This document shows, piece by piece, positions 13,756 through 26,416 of a DNA stretch of 64,000 bases. A program made the translations under genes and the position numbers. Below the pieces are notes generated by a model that saw only the letters and a list, made by a program, of their open reading frames with translations, did not search any database and had not been told where the DNA came from. Position 1 is the first letter of the stretch; each line of letters starts with the position of its first letter. Source of the stretch: Styela clava (Eukaryota); contig NC_135258.1 of assembly GCF_964204865.1 (NCBI RefSeq), positions 9,052,001 through 9,116,000 on the forward strand. Reading direction: 5' to 3'.

Positions 13756-16419
13756 ATGTATGGATCAACGGATTTATCTTTTCATGGTTCCACATTTTCA
13801 CTGTCGTCCAACAATTTGCAGGTACCGATAGCTAATAACATTATATATTTTTTTTTCATTACAAATAAAACGTCAAAGGTTCACAGAGGATAGTTAGCTA
13901 ATTCTTTTTATGATAAGATATATATCCCATCCCAAAAATTTGGATATTATTTTGAAAGTTGCATTTTATGCCTACTTATTTGTCAATAATTTATAATAAA
14001 ATTTCCACTCCAAGAGAAAAAATGAAGAAGACCGACTTGGAATTGCAACAACCGCATTGTTTATTGTCGGAACGATGTGTGGAACTGGTGTACTAACTAT
14101 CCCGCAAGCTGTCGTCAATAGTGGATACATTGGTACGTTTATTACATTGCTGCACGCGTTTTTTTCAAACAAGAATATCAAGGGGTCGCTCAGTTATGAT
14201 AAAATTTGAATCACATAATGCCTAAGCCGATATGCTTATATAGATAAGTTAACGCTTTAACGTTTGGTTCGGGTCCTCTTGGCCATATTCGATTAAATGA
14301 TAAAATGCCTCGTGATCCTGGAAGCCTACAAAATTTGTTCAATTTTCCTGTGTCTCAAATGTTCAAACATCTAAAAGACTTCAAAACTTCTGCTTTAGTA
14401 TCGTGTTATTGTATACAATTTTGCAGGACCAGCCATTATTCTTACGTGTGGTATTAAGGCCGCGTATACGGGAACGCTTCTTGGTAAATGCTGGACAATA
14501 CTACGTAATCGTTACCCAGAATATGAAAATGACAGAATTACGGACCCCTACCCAACTATAGCGCATCGAGCTGGAGGACGAGTTGCTGAAATTGCTACAA
14601 GAGTTTGCCTTGATATAACAATGTTTGGAACAAGTAAGAAATATTTTATATATTTGCAAAAATTTCACGAGTCAGTTATTTGCTACATATTACGCTGCTA
14701 TTTTGATATATCTCACACTGTATTCACAAAGTAATTATATTGTCTTTTCTTATTCTTAGAAGTTGTGCTTCTGCTTCTGATATCTAGTAATATATCTGAC
14801 TCTATATCCGACATAGGACATCATGATTTTTCTCTGTGTTATATCGTCATGATCACTACTGGAGTCTTGATTCCATTATCCTGGTTGGGAACACCAAAGG
14901 ATTTTTGGCAAGCTGGACTTATTGCCGCATGTGCAAGTATTGTGGCTGGATTTTTTGTGTTTGGGAGCATGATAACAGTAAGTTTTGGTATAAAAAAAAT
15001 TATGCTTATAAATTTTGCGTAGTTCAATATTTACTTTAAAATAAGCTATGCAAAAACAACTGGCACATTAATTCGGGTAAGGATTAATTCTTGTACTCGC
15101 CAACAGTCATAAATTGAAATGCTCTTGCTCATCGCCCTAAACAAAATCAGCACTTCCAACCTTGGCTTTTCAGAGCACTTCAAATCAATCAAGTCCTGAA
15201 CATGCGGAACCTCAGTGGTCCCTATTCATGAGTGCTGCAGGTACAATACTTTTTTCGTTCGGTGGAGCAAGTTGTTTCCCAACCATTCAGCTTGATATGA
15301 GACGTCCATCCAAATTTCCAATATCAGCGATCATCGGAATTTCAGGCAAGTATTATTTATTTATCTACTCCAGATATTTGTACGCATCAAACTCCATCGC
15401 ATAAAATATTGACATCTGTCACCATAGATGTACTGTAGGAAAAGTATTGCTACAATATATATGCACTTACTTTGATGATTGTAACTTCTTATTGTATGCA
15501 AAAGTATACCATTGTCTCAACTCATAATTTAAACAGTAACTTTTTTAGTTGTCATGTCGGTGTATCTTCTTGTCGGAATCACTGGGTTTGTGGTTCTCGG
15601 AGATAACATGAAACCAAATGTTCTTAATGCTCTACCTGGCGATTGGATGTCATACACGGTCAACATATTGGTGACATCGCATTTTTTCATGGCTTATCTC
15701 ATCTTCAATAATCCTGTCAGTCAAGAGATTGAGGGTATCTTAAAAATACCGGACAGTAAGTGTACCGAATTTATCTTTCATTTAACTATGCTGTTGATAA
15801 GGAATTGATCTTTTTGTAAAATCATAAAATGTTAAATTTGCAAAGGAATATTGCAACTGAATATGCATATACGACGATGAAATCCCCTTCAGTCTCATAA
15901 AATCGTAATATAGTCAATTTCTAAACAAACTTTTATCTATTTTTTTCAGAATTTTGCCTAAAAAGAGTATTGTTGAGAACAACACTTGCACTGACCGTAA
16001 TGTTTGTAGCTTTGACAGTTCCGCATTTTGACGTCATCCTATCTCTATTAGGAGGAACAACAATAGTTCTAGTTAATTTTGTGTTCCCGCCTATGTTCTA
16101 TATTATGTTATCAAAGCAACGAATACCTTCAGATGCCTATGGCCCACTTCCATCCCATCTTACTAAGCGAAAACAATCAGCGATCGATTCGACCTCTTTG
16201 GTTACTCAGTCTAGTTTTCAGTCTGAAGAAGATGTTTCAAATAATCCAGTTTGGACGCAAGTTCAAGTAGAACTACATGTTAAAGTTATTTTAATAGAAA
16301 TTATAATTTTTGGAATAGTAGGAGGCGGTTGCTCAACCTATTTTTCAATTGCTTCTCTTGTTAACGGAAAATCAGGATTTACTGTGCCTTGTTATGTTAA
16401 TACCAGCGTCGGGCTGTGA
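13756..16419 (+). CDS. Amino-acid transporter T2, 485 aa; exons 13756-13821, 14015-14132, 14427-14633, 14760-14977, 15174-15345, 15549-15755, 15950-16419
   Basis: Internal exon sizes and motifs match T1, its closest paralog. Intron 5 uses a GC donor (ag|gcaagt). Confidence 0.9.
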
Positions 16420-17328
16420 ATATTTTTTTGACGAAACAGTATTCTTTTTAAAATATTATTGATCTATATTTTCAGGTACAATTCAGTTTTGTTGTTTTTA
16501 TATTTATATATTTCATTGTAGAAGTTAATAATGATGAAAAGTAAAATAAATTTTATGCAAAAAGCGATATGAGACTATAAGTTGTCGGGCAAAGTGATCA
16601 CGGTCGCAGTTGAGAATTCAGTAGAGTCGTGTTCATAATCAGTCAGCGTAGACTTTCGACCTATCTCAAATTCCTAACACTAACTAATATACAAGTATAG
16701 TATAGAAAAAATAATATTCTTATATGTTTCCTCGGATGCTCAATCTTAAAAATTCAATAGACAGTTTATTATTTTATTCTAATTTCCAATACACATTCAA
16801 AAGGTACACTGCCTACGCTCACACAGAAAGAATATCAAGAATTGTTGTGATAATTTCTTTAAAATATTTTTCACGACACACAAAACAAAATTTGATGATA
16901 GCTTGGAATTTAGTTGTCTAAGGGAAATTTCAGAAATGCCATTGAAGAGGCACTACGTCAGAGTGGCATTTTGACCCAACTTTCTGTTGAAATGGACGGA
17001 TATTCAGAGGGCGCTAAAAAGTAGAATTCATTTAAAATTGTATTATGCAATTGTTTACTGGATCAAGAGTATCAATTATCATTGTTGCACAAATGGAAAT
17101 AATGTCAATATAATACTAATAATAAGCATTACCTCAGAAACTTGGAAAGTTCCCGGTCGTCAGAAGGTTAAAATAAAAACAAAAAATGAAACTGAGAAAT
17201 AATATTATTAATAGAAATTTCATATTACTCAAAGTACTGCACTGAATGCAGACGCAGCGACTGCCCAGCAACAGAAACGTACATTTCGATCCGTGTCGTT
17301 GATGTTGAATATAACTAGTTCAAAATAT

Positions 17329-20300
17329 CTAGATTCCAACGCTCATGTTAACAAAACATGGAACTGTGAACTCGGATTGACCGTTGAATACAGAAGCAAA
17401 AGAAAAGTACGTAGACGAAGCTCCACCAAATGCACCAATCATAATAATTTCTATCAAAAGAACTTTGACATGCAGCTCCAGGTTTATTTGCATCCAACGA
17501 GGATGTTGACAATCTTCTTCTTTACTTTGTATATGAGTCCCTAATGAGCTCGAATCAGAAGCGTAATCTCTAGGGTTTGAGATATATGATGGGAGAGATC
17601 CGTACGCCTGTGAAGGAGTCCTCTGTCTTGAAAGTAAGAGATAGAATAGAGGCGGGAATATAAAATTTGTCAAGGCAATAGTCGATCCACCCAAAATTGA
17701 CAGTATTATATCGAAGTGAGGAACAGTCAAACCTATAAACATTGCCGCTAATGCAAGAAGCGTTCGAACCAATATTCTCTTCCAACCAAACCCTGAAAAA
17801 AAGTTGAAGGATGTGTTACAATATCATACAGTTCTGTTCTCGTACCTATGTCATAAAACTGATAAGCTTGGCGAAAAACAATATCGACGTCGATTCAATA
17901 CGGAAACCGAGGAAAGAGAACACATATAGTAGTGTTATATGGTCATTTGTCGTGTTACCTTAGTACAATTTTGTCTCTGTTTTCTTTCTATAATTTTTGC
18001 ATTAATGCCGCGACACTTTCTTTTAAATAATAAATAAGTAACTGTAAAAACATAAAAATCACATACTGTCCGGTATCTTTAGAAAGCCTTCAATCTCTTG
18101 ACAAACGGGATTATTGTTGATGAGATAAGCAAAAATTAGATGAGATGTGATTAAAATATTAACGGTGTATAATATCCATCCAGCCGGTAGAGCATTGAGT
18201 ACGTTTGCATCCATGTCATCCCCAAGAATCACAAATCCTGGTATCCCGACCAAAAGATAAACCAGCATCACGGCTGAAAACAATGATAACGGTATTATCA
18301 AGGTTTTAATCATGCTGCTGCTTTGGTATTTTTGTGCCCCCCATTCGGATACTGTACCTCCTCTTGATATTTGATAAAAAAGTAAAATAAGAATGTCCTT
18401 CATTAAATCTATAGATATAGGGCTATAGATATCAATTTTACTCTTTAGGTTTTCACTTCAGCAGTTTCCACGAATCAAATTGTTTCATCTGTGTCGCAGG
18501 AATAAACTTATAGATCTTAGTTGTCCAAAATCTTTACAAATTCTGTTTACAATACTATATTAGTATAACTCCGATGAAATAAGGACATTGCTTTGGACAA
18601 GCTGTATCTTTAATATATATGAATATATATTCCAAATTCTTACTTATGATTCCCAAGACAGCGGATACTGGAAACTTGTTGGGCTCTTTCATGTCCACTT
18701 GAATAGTCGGAAAACAGCTTGCCCCACTGTATGCATATAGTATCGTACCCAGGGCGCTAAAGAATAAGGACCACTGAGGATCTGCATGTTGAGGATTTGG
18801 ATTATCAGGGATTGCCTGGAACAAACACGAAACGTAAGAATAGGAGAAATGTGGCATCGGAAATTCATCAATTGCTGTTACTTACTGTAATCAAACTTCC
18901 TAATATGAAAAACGAAGCCACAATGCTAGTGACGGCTCCTATTATTCCGCCTTGCCAGAAATCTTTTGGTGTTCCAAACCAAGTAAGTGGGGTTATGACT
19001 GCAGTGATTATCAACATGAGGTAGCATATCGAAAACTGATGATGTCCGAGGTTAGTAATTAGGTTTGAGAGGTTTTCCGATATCAGCAACATGAAGACCG
19101 TGTCTGTAAAAATTAATGTTGTTAGGTTGAATGTTTATATATTAGTATTAGAATCATTTAAAACTGTTCCGATAGCTCTAATTTTTCATGTTTTATATTA
19201 TGAAAAATGCTATTTATGTATTTGTTATATTCCAAACTGATATGAGACAAAATCTTAGATTTTATTAAAATGCAGCAAGTAAGAATGTGGTAGTAATATT
19301 TCTTTCTTAAAATTCGGCTATGTCAGCTCCCCAGAAGTTTGGATGTAAAAAAATTTAATATTTACTATTGTACACAAATTATTCCTAAATTCGTGTTGTT
19401 GAAATTATTAGTGCTATTGAAGACAGCTCAGTAAATACCTACCGGCATATACGATATCGCAGTTTGGCCGCAAAATCTGCGTCATTATAGCCATCGGCGT
19501 ATTTTATATATATCTGTACAAAAACCATTTAGATATATTACACCTCTGGTATTTTGTACATGTACTGATGACGTACTAATTTGGGAAAATTTAAAAACAT
19601 TGCTTCTCTTTTTAACAAATTTTGAGTGCTTAAATATATTGTTGGAGCCACTAAAACAGCTATTTTTTTGTTTAGTTATTTTTCAAATTTCCCCTGAGTC
19701 CTATGGGACCGATATTTCATCTAAAAGTTTGCTGTTTCATATCAATTCATGGAAACGCATTTTGTGAAATATGGAAACACTTTATTCCGTCCCGCTTTAC
19801 AACAAACTAATTGCTCAGCCAGGGTGATACAGCACACCTTCGTAAATATATATTTTTAGCAGTACTCTTTTAATTTTAATTTATTCCCATGTAAACACAA
19901 ATTTGAGTATTACACAAAAAGAGTTGTCTTGGGCACATTTGTGTCAAAATTCAACTTTACCTGATCCAAATAATGTGATGTCAATGCAGACTCTTGTTGC
20001 AATTTCCGCAACCTTTCCACCAGCTCGATAAGCTATGGTTGGATACGGGTCTGTGATTCTGTCACTCTCATACTCTGGGTATCGTGTCCGAAGTATAGTC
20101 CAGCACCTCCCAAGCAGAGTACCAGTATAACATGACAACACCCCACACGCTACAACAATAACTGGTCCTGCAAATGGATAAAATAACCTTGCTCACATAA
20201 AAATTGATACAGCCCTGTGTAGCAAGCACAGCCACGAATAAAAAAAAACATTGAAATGTCTGGGTCCATTATTTGGCGCTCCAGAAGTGTGTGTACCAAT

Positions 20301-20914
20301 ATGGAAGTAACTAATTTTGTTCGCCAAAATTACATCAAGTTGTGTAAAGGGACTGAAGCCTATGATCACCTATGACCTGTTATTCTCTCAATTTATCTAC
20401 GAGCCACACTCACCAATGTATCCGCAATATACAATAGCTTGTGGAATAGTTTGCACTCCTGTTCCGCATATAGTGCCAACTATAAAAACAGCTGCTGTGA
20501 AAATACCAAGACCCTTGTTTTGCTGGTAATCAAAAATAAAAGAAAAAAAAGTTGAACAATGCAAAGACGAAGCAATAATTTTAAGTGACTAGCAATAGTC
20601 TATACCTAATTAACATATCGATGACTCTCGCCAATTTTAAAATGTGCCGCTGACAGAATAAGAAAAGGACACTGATATTCCTTGTCCTTTGCAGAAACAA
20701 TTGTAAATATTTGCATGATATTAAATATCGTTGGTTATTGTATTATATTATGTTTCTAGATACTATACATTGAGCTGTAGTCCAAGAGCCCACACACAAA
20801 ATGCAAACAATATCAAAGTTTTACTTTAGTGATAAGTATTATTCTTACCGCTTGTAAAACAGGTGGTGATAACGATTCGTAAGCAATGTCAGACTGTTGT
20901 AATATTTCTTGCAT
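17329..20914 (-). CDS. Amino-acid transporter T3, 480 aa; exons 20914-20849, 20522-20414, 20167-19961, 19103-18886, 18815-18644, 18273-18067, 17792-17329
   Basis: GT-AG introns, conserved exon sizes. Motifs: GTICGTGVQTIP, YAYSGASCFPTIQ, GGSTIALTNFIFPP. Confidence 0.9.
20275..20364. mobile_element. Truncated copy of MITE family B in T3 intron 2
   Basis: Matches the GGCGCTCCAGAAGT.TGTGTACCAATATGG end of the element at 26209-26416 / 45155-45362. Confidence 0.75.
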
Positions 20915-22458
20915 GTCGATGATGTTTTAGGTGACCAACAGATATTTATCAGTAAGATTCTCACTCATAACATAACCCAGTATGTAGTTTCTGGTGTATT
21001 GTATACTTTTGGGCAGACAGGCTAACTGAAAGTTTTCCGCTAAAAATCTAATGTTAACTGAAACTACAAATCCCAGATTTAGTTTCCAAAAATACCTAAG
21101 CACTAATCAAATCAGCCACATAATAAATTAATGCTTGAACTGACTTATCATTTGCTGACCGCTTTTATGTGCCTACGCAATTTTATGTAATAAACTGTAT
21201 ATTTGCCATCACGTCACACTAATGATGAAATCATCGCATTGCAAAGATTACTTTGTCAATCGGACTGAAACAAATTTATCTCACCTATACATTTTAGCAT
21301 GCATAAAAATAAGGCTCCTAACCAGTAAAACATAAACTGGACTGGATGTAGAAACCGTAGCTATTAAAACGAAAGAGTTGTCAGTGCAACAGTAAATCTC
21401 TACTCCGTCTATTTTAAAACTACCTCATTTTACGATTTTCCTCAGAGCTCTGGTATTTAAAAGTCACTTCAAATAAAGCATCACCTATCGTTGGGTGGTT
21501 CAACAAACAGACGATCATGCAATGCACGCCTGAACTTTATCGAATATGTTTACACACTAATCCGTATCTCTGGTGAATTTCCCCAACTCGTCCGATGAAT
21601 AAAATAACCCGTGACTAATGCATATATAGAAAGAGGGAGATCTTCAAACACCAACAAATATTTAAGCAAGATGTGAAAATTTGTCCAGCTAATGAGATGA
21701 CAAAAATTACACATTTCATCACTTTGCTGATAACTAAAGTTGAGGTATTTCATCACTATGCCGATAACGAAAGTCGCGGTTTGATCGTGAAGAAACTAAT
21801 TATGTGTTGTGTTGCATTTAAACATGACTCATTTTCACTGCCTATATACAACCTGAGGTGTTCAAGTATACTAGTCCAGACGATGTTCATTTATATTATA
21901 TCTGACATTAGGAAAACATGAGCCATATAAAGCAATGCTAGCATATCGAATTCTTTTCCAACGAACTACGCCGCGACGAGTATCCCATTCAATATCACTC
22001 GATGAATGCAACGTATCGCTTTTGATTCTCTCAAAATTAATCTCATTGTCATGTGATGTGCGAGAAATTAAACTTATGGAATGAACAATGAAATGCAATA
22101 AAAATTTAAATATGCAGTAAATTGCATCGTGTATTCAGATGATATGTTCACATTGAACGGTTTAACGGTTGAACCGATTTATCTGTAGCAATGGGCAAAA
22201 TAATACTGGGGCGATAAGGACCCGTATTCACAAACATTGTGTTTTTCATGTCAGTAGCTTTCAAATATAATAAGATAAATCAATGCTTTTATTTTTATTT
22301 TTGTATTGCCTTTTTACAAGATTGATTTCTATATTTATGTTTTGATTAAGCGTCATTCACTCCTCAACTTAGTAAGCCAAGTTGCTTGTTATCAAATATC
22401 AGTTACTTGCTTAGATGTATACAATCACAATTGACAGCACTGGCTCATTTTCCAAATT

Positions 22459-22852
22459 ATTACTTATCGATCTTAAGATCGGTAAGTATATTGATAGGTA
22501 TTTGTATGTATGTCTGTCTGTGTGTGTGTGTGTCTGTTAGATGCACGCGATATCTCACGAAAGCGGGATTGAATCTGCTCCAGATTTTGCATGTGCATTC
22601 ATCTTATCTCGGACCAGAATCCTATTGATTTTGGGCGAATTATGTCGTATAATTAGCGAGTTATCAATCAATTATTGATATAGTGATCTAGATTTTTGTA
22701 GAGCGAGAGAATTTTGAAACCCGCCGAGTGTGTGTGTGCGATGCGCAGTGCGCAAGTTACAAGAGCGGATGAATCGAAACTGCAGTTTCTGTTTTGGGGG
22801 ATCCCCTAACTATCGATCGATAAGTCTTCGGTTTCCAACCGATATTCTCGTT
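22459..22852 (+). mobile_element. Helentron-associated (HINE/DINE-1-like) element
   Basis: 5' hairpin TACTTATCGATC-ttaa-GATCGGTAAGTA, (GTCT/GT)n microsatellite, 3' subterminal inverted repeat GATCGATAAGT, stem-loop TCGGTT-tcc-AACCGA, T-rich ends. Other copies at 48697-49098 and 49412-49721. Confidence 0.75.
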
Positions 22853-23751
22853 TGAGCGTTATTCATAAATCGTCTCACTTTTTTTTAAATCAACTTCATC
22901 TTTTTACTCACTAACAATTCTTACCTATACTTTTGTTCCGATTTCCAGCAACGGCGCAATAGCTTCATCTTGCATTATATTTGACATTTATTTCAAAATT
23001 CTGAAAATGATATAGCATTGCAAACGAACACGTGAATCAAAATATATTTCCACAGAAGAAAAAATCTTGTGCGCAAAATGAAAGAATTACCTCCGTTAAA
23101 ATTGTTTGCTATCTAAATATTTTTAGATAACATTTTGATTACCAGTTTTAAGCGCAAAAGCAATACTTCTTATTTCTCAAGTTTCTAATATGAATTTCGC
23201 TTTGTTTGAGAATTGCTTCTTCAATATCAAATTGTTTAGCATGACTATAACTGATATTTAGCATTATTAGGCAATTTCTCATGAGGAAATGAAATTGAGT
23301 CAAGCTGCTTACACTTTCACTTTGGAAGTGTTTTCGATGGCTGGCGGTAAATTTTGTTTGTAAGACTGAGTTGCGCAGACACATCGCAAATGCGCCATAT
23401 TGCATCAGATATTACAAATAGAATTATAATGTGACGGAAAAGTCGATTTTATCTCAGGATAGCAACTTATTGTTCCAGATATACTTTTCATTTTATTATG
23501 GATAAGAAAATATGCTTACAGGATAAAAATAACGTTTTGAAATATGTGCTCACGGTCCTAACCTAATAGAGTTTCTATAGTTTAGTATTCTCATTACCCA
23601 CTTGTTATAAATGAAAGTTATTTAATTAGTTACAAATAGCGAGAAATGAAAATAAGTTTGAATTGAAAATAAATATATGCTCTGTCTACATAATATATTG
23701 AAATAATGGAATATAAACATCCATACTACTTAGATTTTCATAAAGTGAATT

Positions 23752-23826
23752 GAGTACTCCTGAAGTATGCGCACCAAGATGTCGCACAACCTGAACCCTA
23801 ACCTGGTACACAATCCGAGTTCAGGT
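23752..23826. mobile_element. Truncated MITE family A (mirror copy ~47732-47806)
   Basis: Left arm GTACTCCTGAAGTATGCGCACCAAGATGTCGCACAACCTGAACCCTAACC; right arm largely missing. Confidence 0.8.
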
Positions 23827-26208
23827 GAAGTAAAGTGAGTAAAATGTGCTGAAATCTTCAAAAATTTGGTTTTTGTTGAAAATATAAATTGTGCCCGAAG
23901 CGTGCATGCCTGTTTAGTCATGATGTCGATTTTGCAGACAATAATGGGGATTTCCATACGGTCATATTTTCATACTTAATATGTATAGGTACATATGGGC
24001 CGTGTTTATATGTCGTTCTTAAATATGTTCATGAAGGTTTTTTTTACAGAAAGAAGTAGGAGTCATCGTTACTCATAAGGTAGGCGTTCAAAAACAAAAT
24101 AATAATATTTTACGATCTATTTATGATCGCATTTCAACATGTCTGATATAATAGTTCTGAACAGACTTTCAACTCATGTGATGTTGTGTGAGTGATGTGT
24201 GGGAGGTTATTATGTCAGATAAACGTATTCAGTTACGAAATTGGTATTATTCAAAGATAAGAGTGAAAGTTCAAGATGTATGTAAATTGAAATTTGTAGT
24301 TGTGCAAGTTGTAACAGGCTCCAGAATTTAAACATTTCCTTGTATATTATATGAAATACAACTGCTCTAAAACTTGTAGACTGAAGAGTTATGGTAACAT
24401 CCGCGTTTTCCATTTTACTATTTTCATTCTCGCGATAATTACGAATGGCTAAAACTACTGTAAACCTATTAAATTCTTTACAAACCGAAAATTACCTAAA
24501 TGTACGTATGTAGCATTTCATTTTCTAAAATCGAAAGGAAAAGTGATTTATTCATTCTACCATTTGAATGTTGATGCGGTCTTTTGAAATGACAACACAT
24601 ACAAACACTATAACAGAAGTAAGATATGTAACATTTTTAGTATAATCTAATATTGAGCAACTGAGGAAGAGTCCTGCAGAGTGTTAACTCAGAAAAATTC
24701 AGCGTTTGTGTAAATAACTCAATGTTATCTGATAATAATCCAACGGAAAATATTTTTAAATGAATGGAAATTTTTTTTAAACTATTTTATTTTATTATAA
24801 AACAACCTGGCATATTGTTCTACATTTCTACGGTTCCTATACCACTAGCTGACAAATTTTACTTATTTTCCTCTTCTAACCCCTTCCAGCCATAAAAATA
24901 CTAACAATTCAAAATTTTCTGATTTAAACAAGCTGCAGCAGAAGTTACAACTGCACACTAATTGTACAGTCTGCACTATTAGTAGCTTTACACGTATTGC
25001 ATAATAATCAATGACATTTATCATTAGCGCGAATGATCATCTATGGCTATATATATCTTATGACAGCTACATCATGTGATAGTAATTTCTCATGAGAGAC
25101 TTGAACAGTAATGCTGAAAAGCAGACTCGTTCAACCGTTTTTGTTTGCACCAAATGTTTTGCCCAATGAATCGATTTTTATGAACTTTGTTTGAAATTTA
25201 ATGATATGTTTTACGCTTCAATGGAATACAGTAAATATGTGTTATTTCTGTCATGTAAATTTTCAGTTCAGTTTTTGTCACTGCTTATGATTACAAAAAT
25301 TCTATTTAACCATATTTATGTTTTTGGTAATTTGAAATGCAGCAAACACAGAAAAATGGAAATGTTGGTTAAAAAGAAATGTTAGTTATCTACAGAGGCA
25401 ATAGTATAACTTCTATTAAGACGACCTCTGACCTCTTTAAATAAAACGATTTTCATAACGAAGGTATAAGAAAAGTCCTCTTGTTTGTACATTTTGATTA
25501 ATAGAGATATTTTTCGCGTTGTGGATTGAACACCTACACCACTTTCGTACAAAGCAAAACGAAAAATATACTCAGATAGTATTTTGGGAAGAATTACTTG
25601 TAACTGTGCCAATTGAAGCAATTTGAATTCAATATAATGAATGTTTATATATGTATAAAACGCTCGCATGTAGTTTAAAATTGACTCTATAAATCGTTAT
25701 AGAGTTTTCAATGGTTACACGCTAAGATAAATTCAGTGTATATATATTTACTAAACCTTTGATACTTTATAATTATCTTGTTCATAGATGATACGTTTTT
25801 TTCTAGTTTTATCTGTAAGTTTCAACTTTACCAAATTTCACGTTGTTTTCATCTCCTTTATTTTTCATCTCGCGCTATCGTTCCGGCGCACGAGGTATCC
25901 TCACATTAGTACATCGACTTATCCAATAATTACTAAATTAATGGACATCTTCGTATTAAGAAACCGAGATATTAAATATGGCACGCTTCCATCTGAATAC
26001 AGTTATAATAATTCTGAAGGCTATATTCCTATGATGGCAAAGAAATATATTTTTCTTCTATTATTGATGGTATATATATAATATGAATACGATCAAATGA
26101 AAATACATGAAAAAAATAGACACGTTATGATTTAAATGGCCTCAGTTACTACGAATACGTCCTAGTTGCATGCCTGACCATGAATGTTTCTAGCAAGCAT
26201 AAAAAAAC

Positions 26209-26416
26209 GGCACTCCGGAAGTATGTGTACCAGGTTAGGCCATATTTTTATTCTAATTCTTATTGTTTTAGTTATATTACGAGTTCGGGAACAGTCTGTG
26301 TTAGCCACATAAATATATCCTCTGTCCATAGGTTTAAGTCCCTTTACACAATTTGACGTAAAATAGGCGAACAAAGTTAGTTACCTCCATATTGGTACAC
26401 ATACTTCTGGAGCGCC
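26209..26416. mobile_element. MITE family B (mirror copy 45155-45362)
   Basis: TIRs GGC(A/G)CTCC(G/A)GAAGTATGTGTACCA, perfect 8-bp TSD aaaaaaac. Confidence 0.85.

Noticed and set aside
19565-19590. CTGATGA...GAAA hammerhead-like core
   Set aside because: The required stems do not form.
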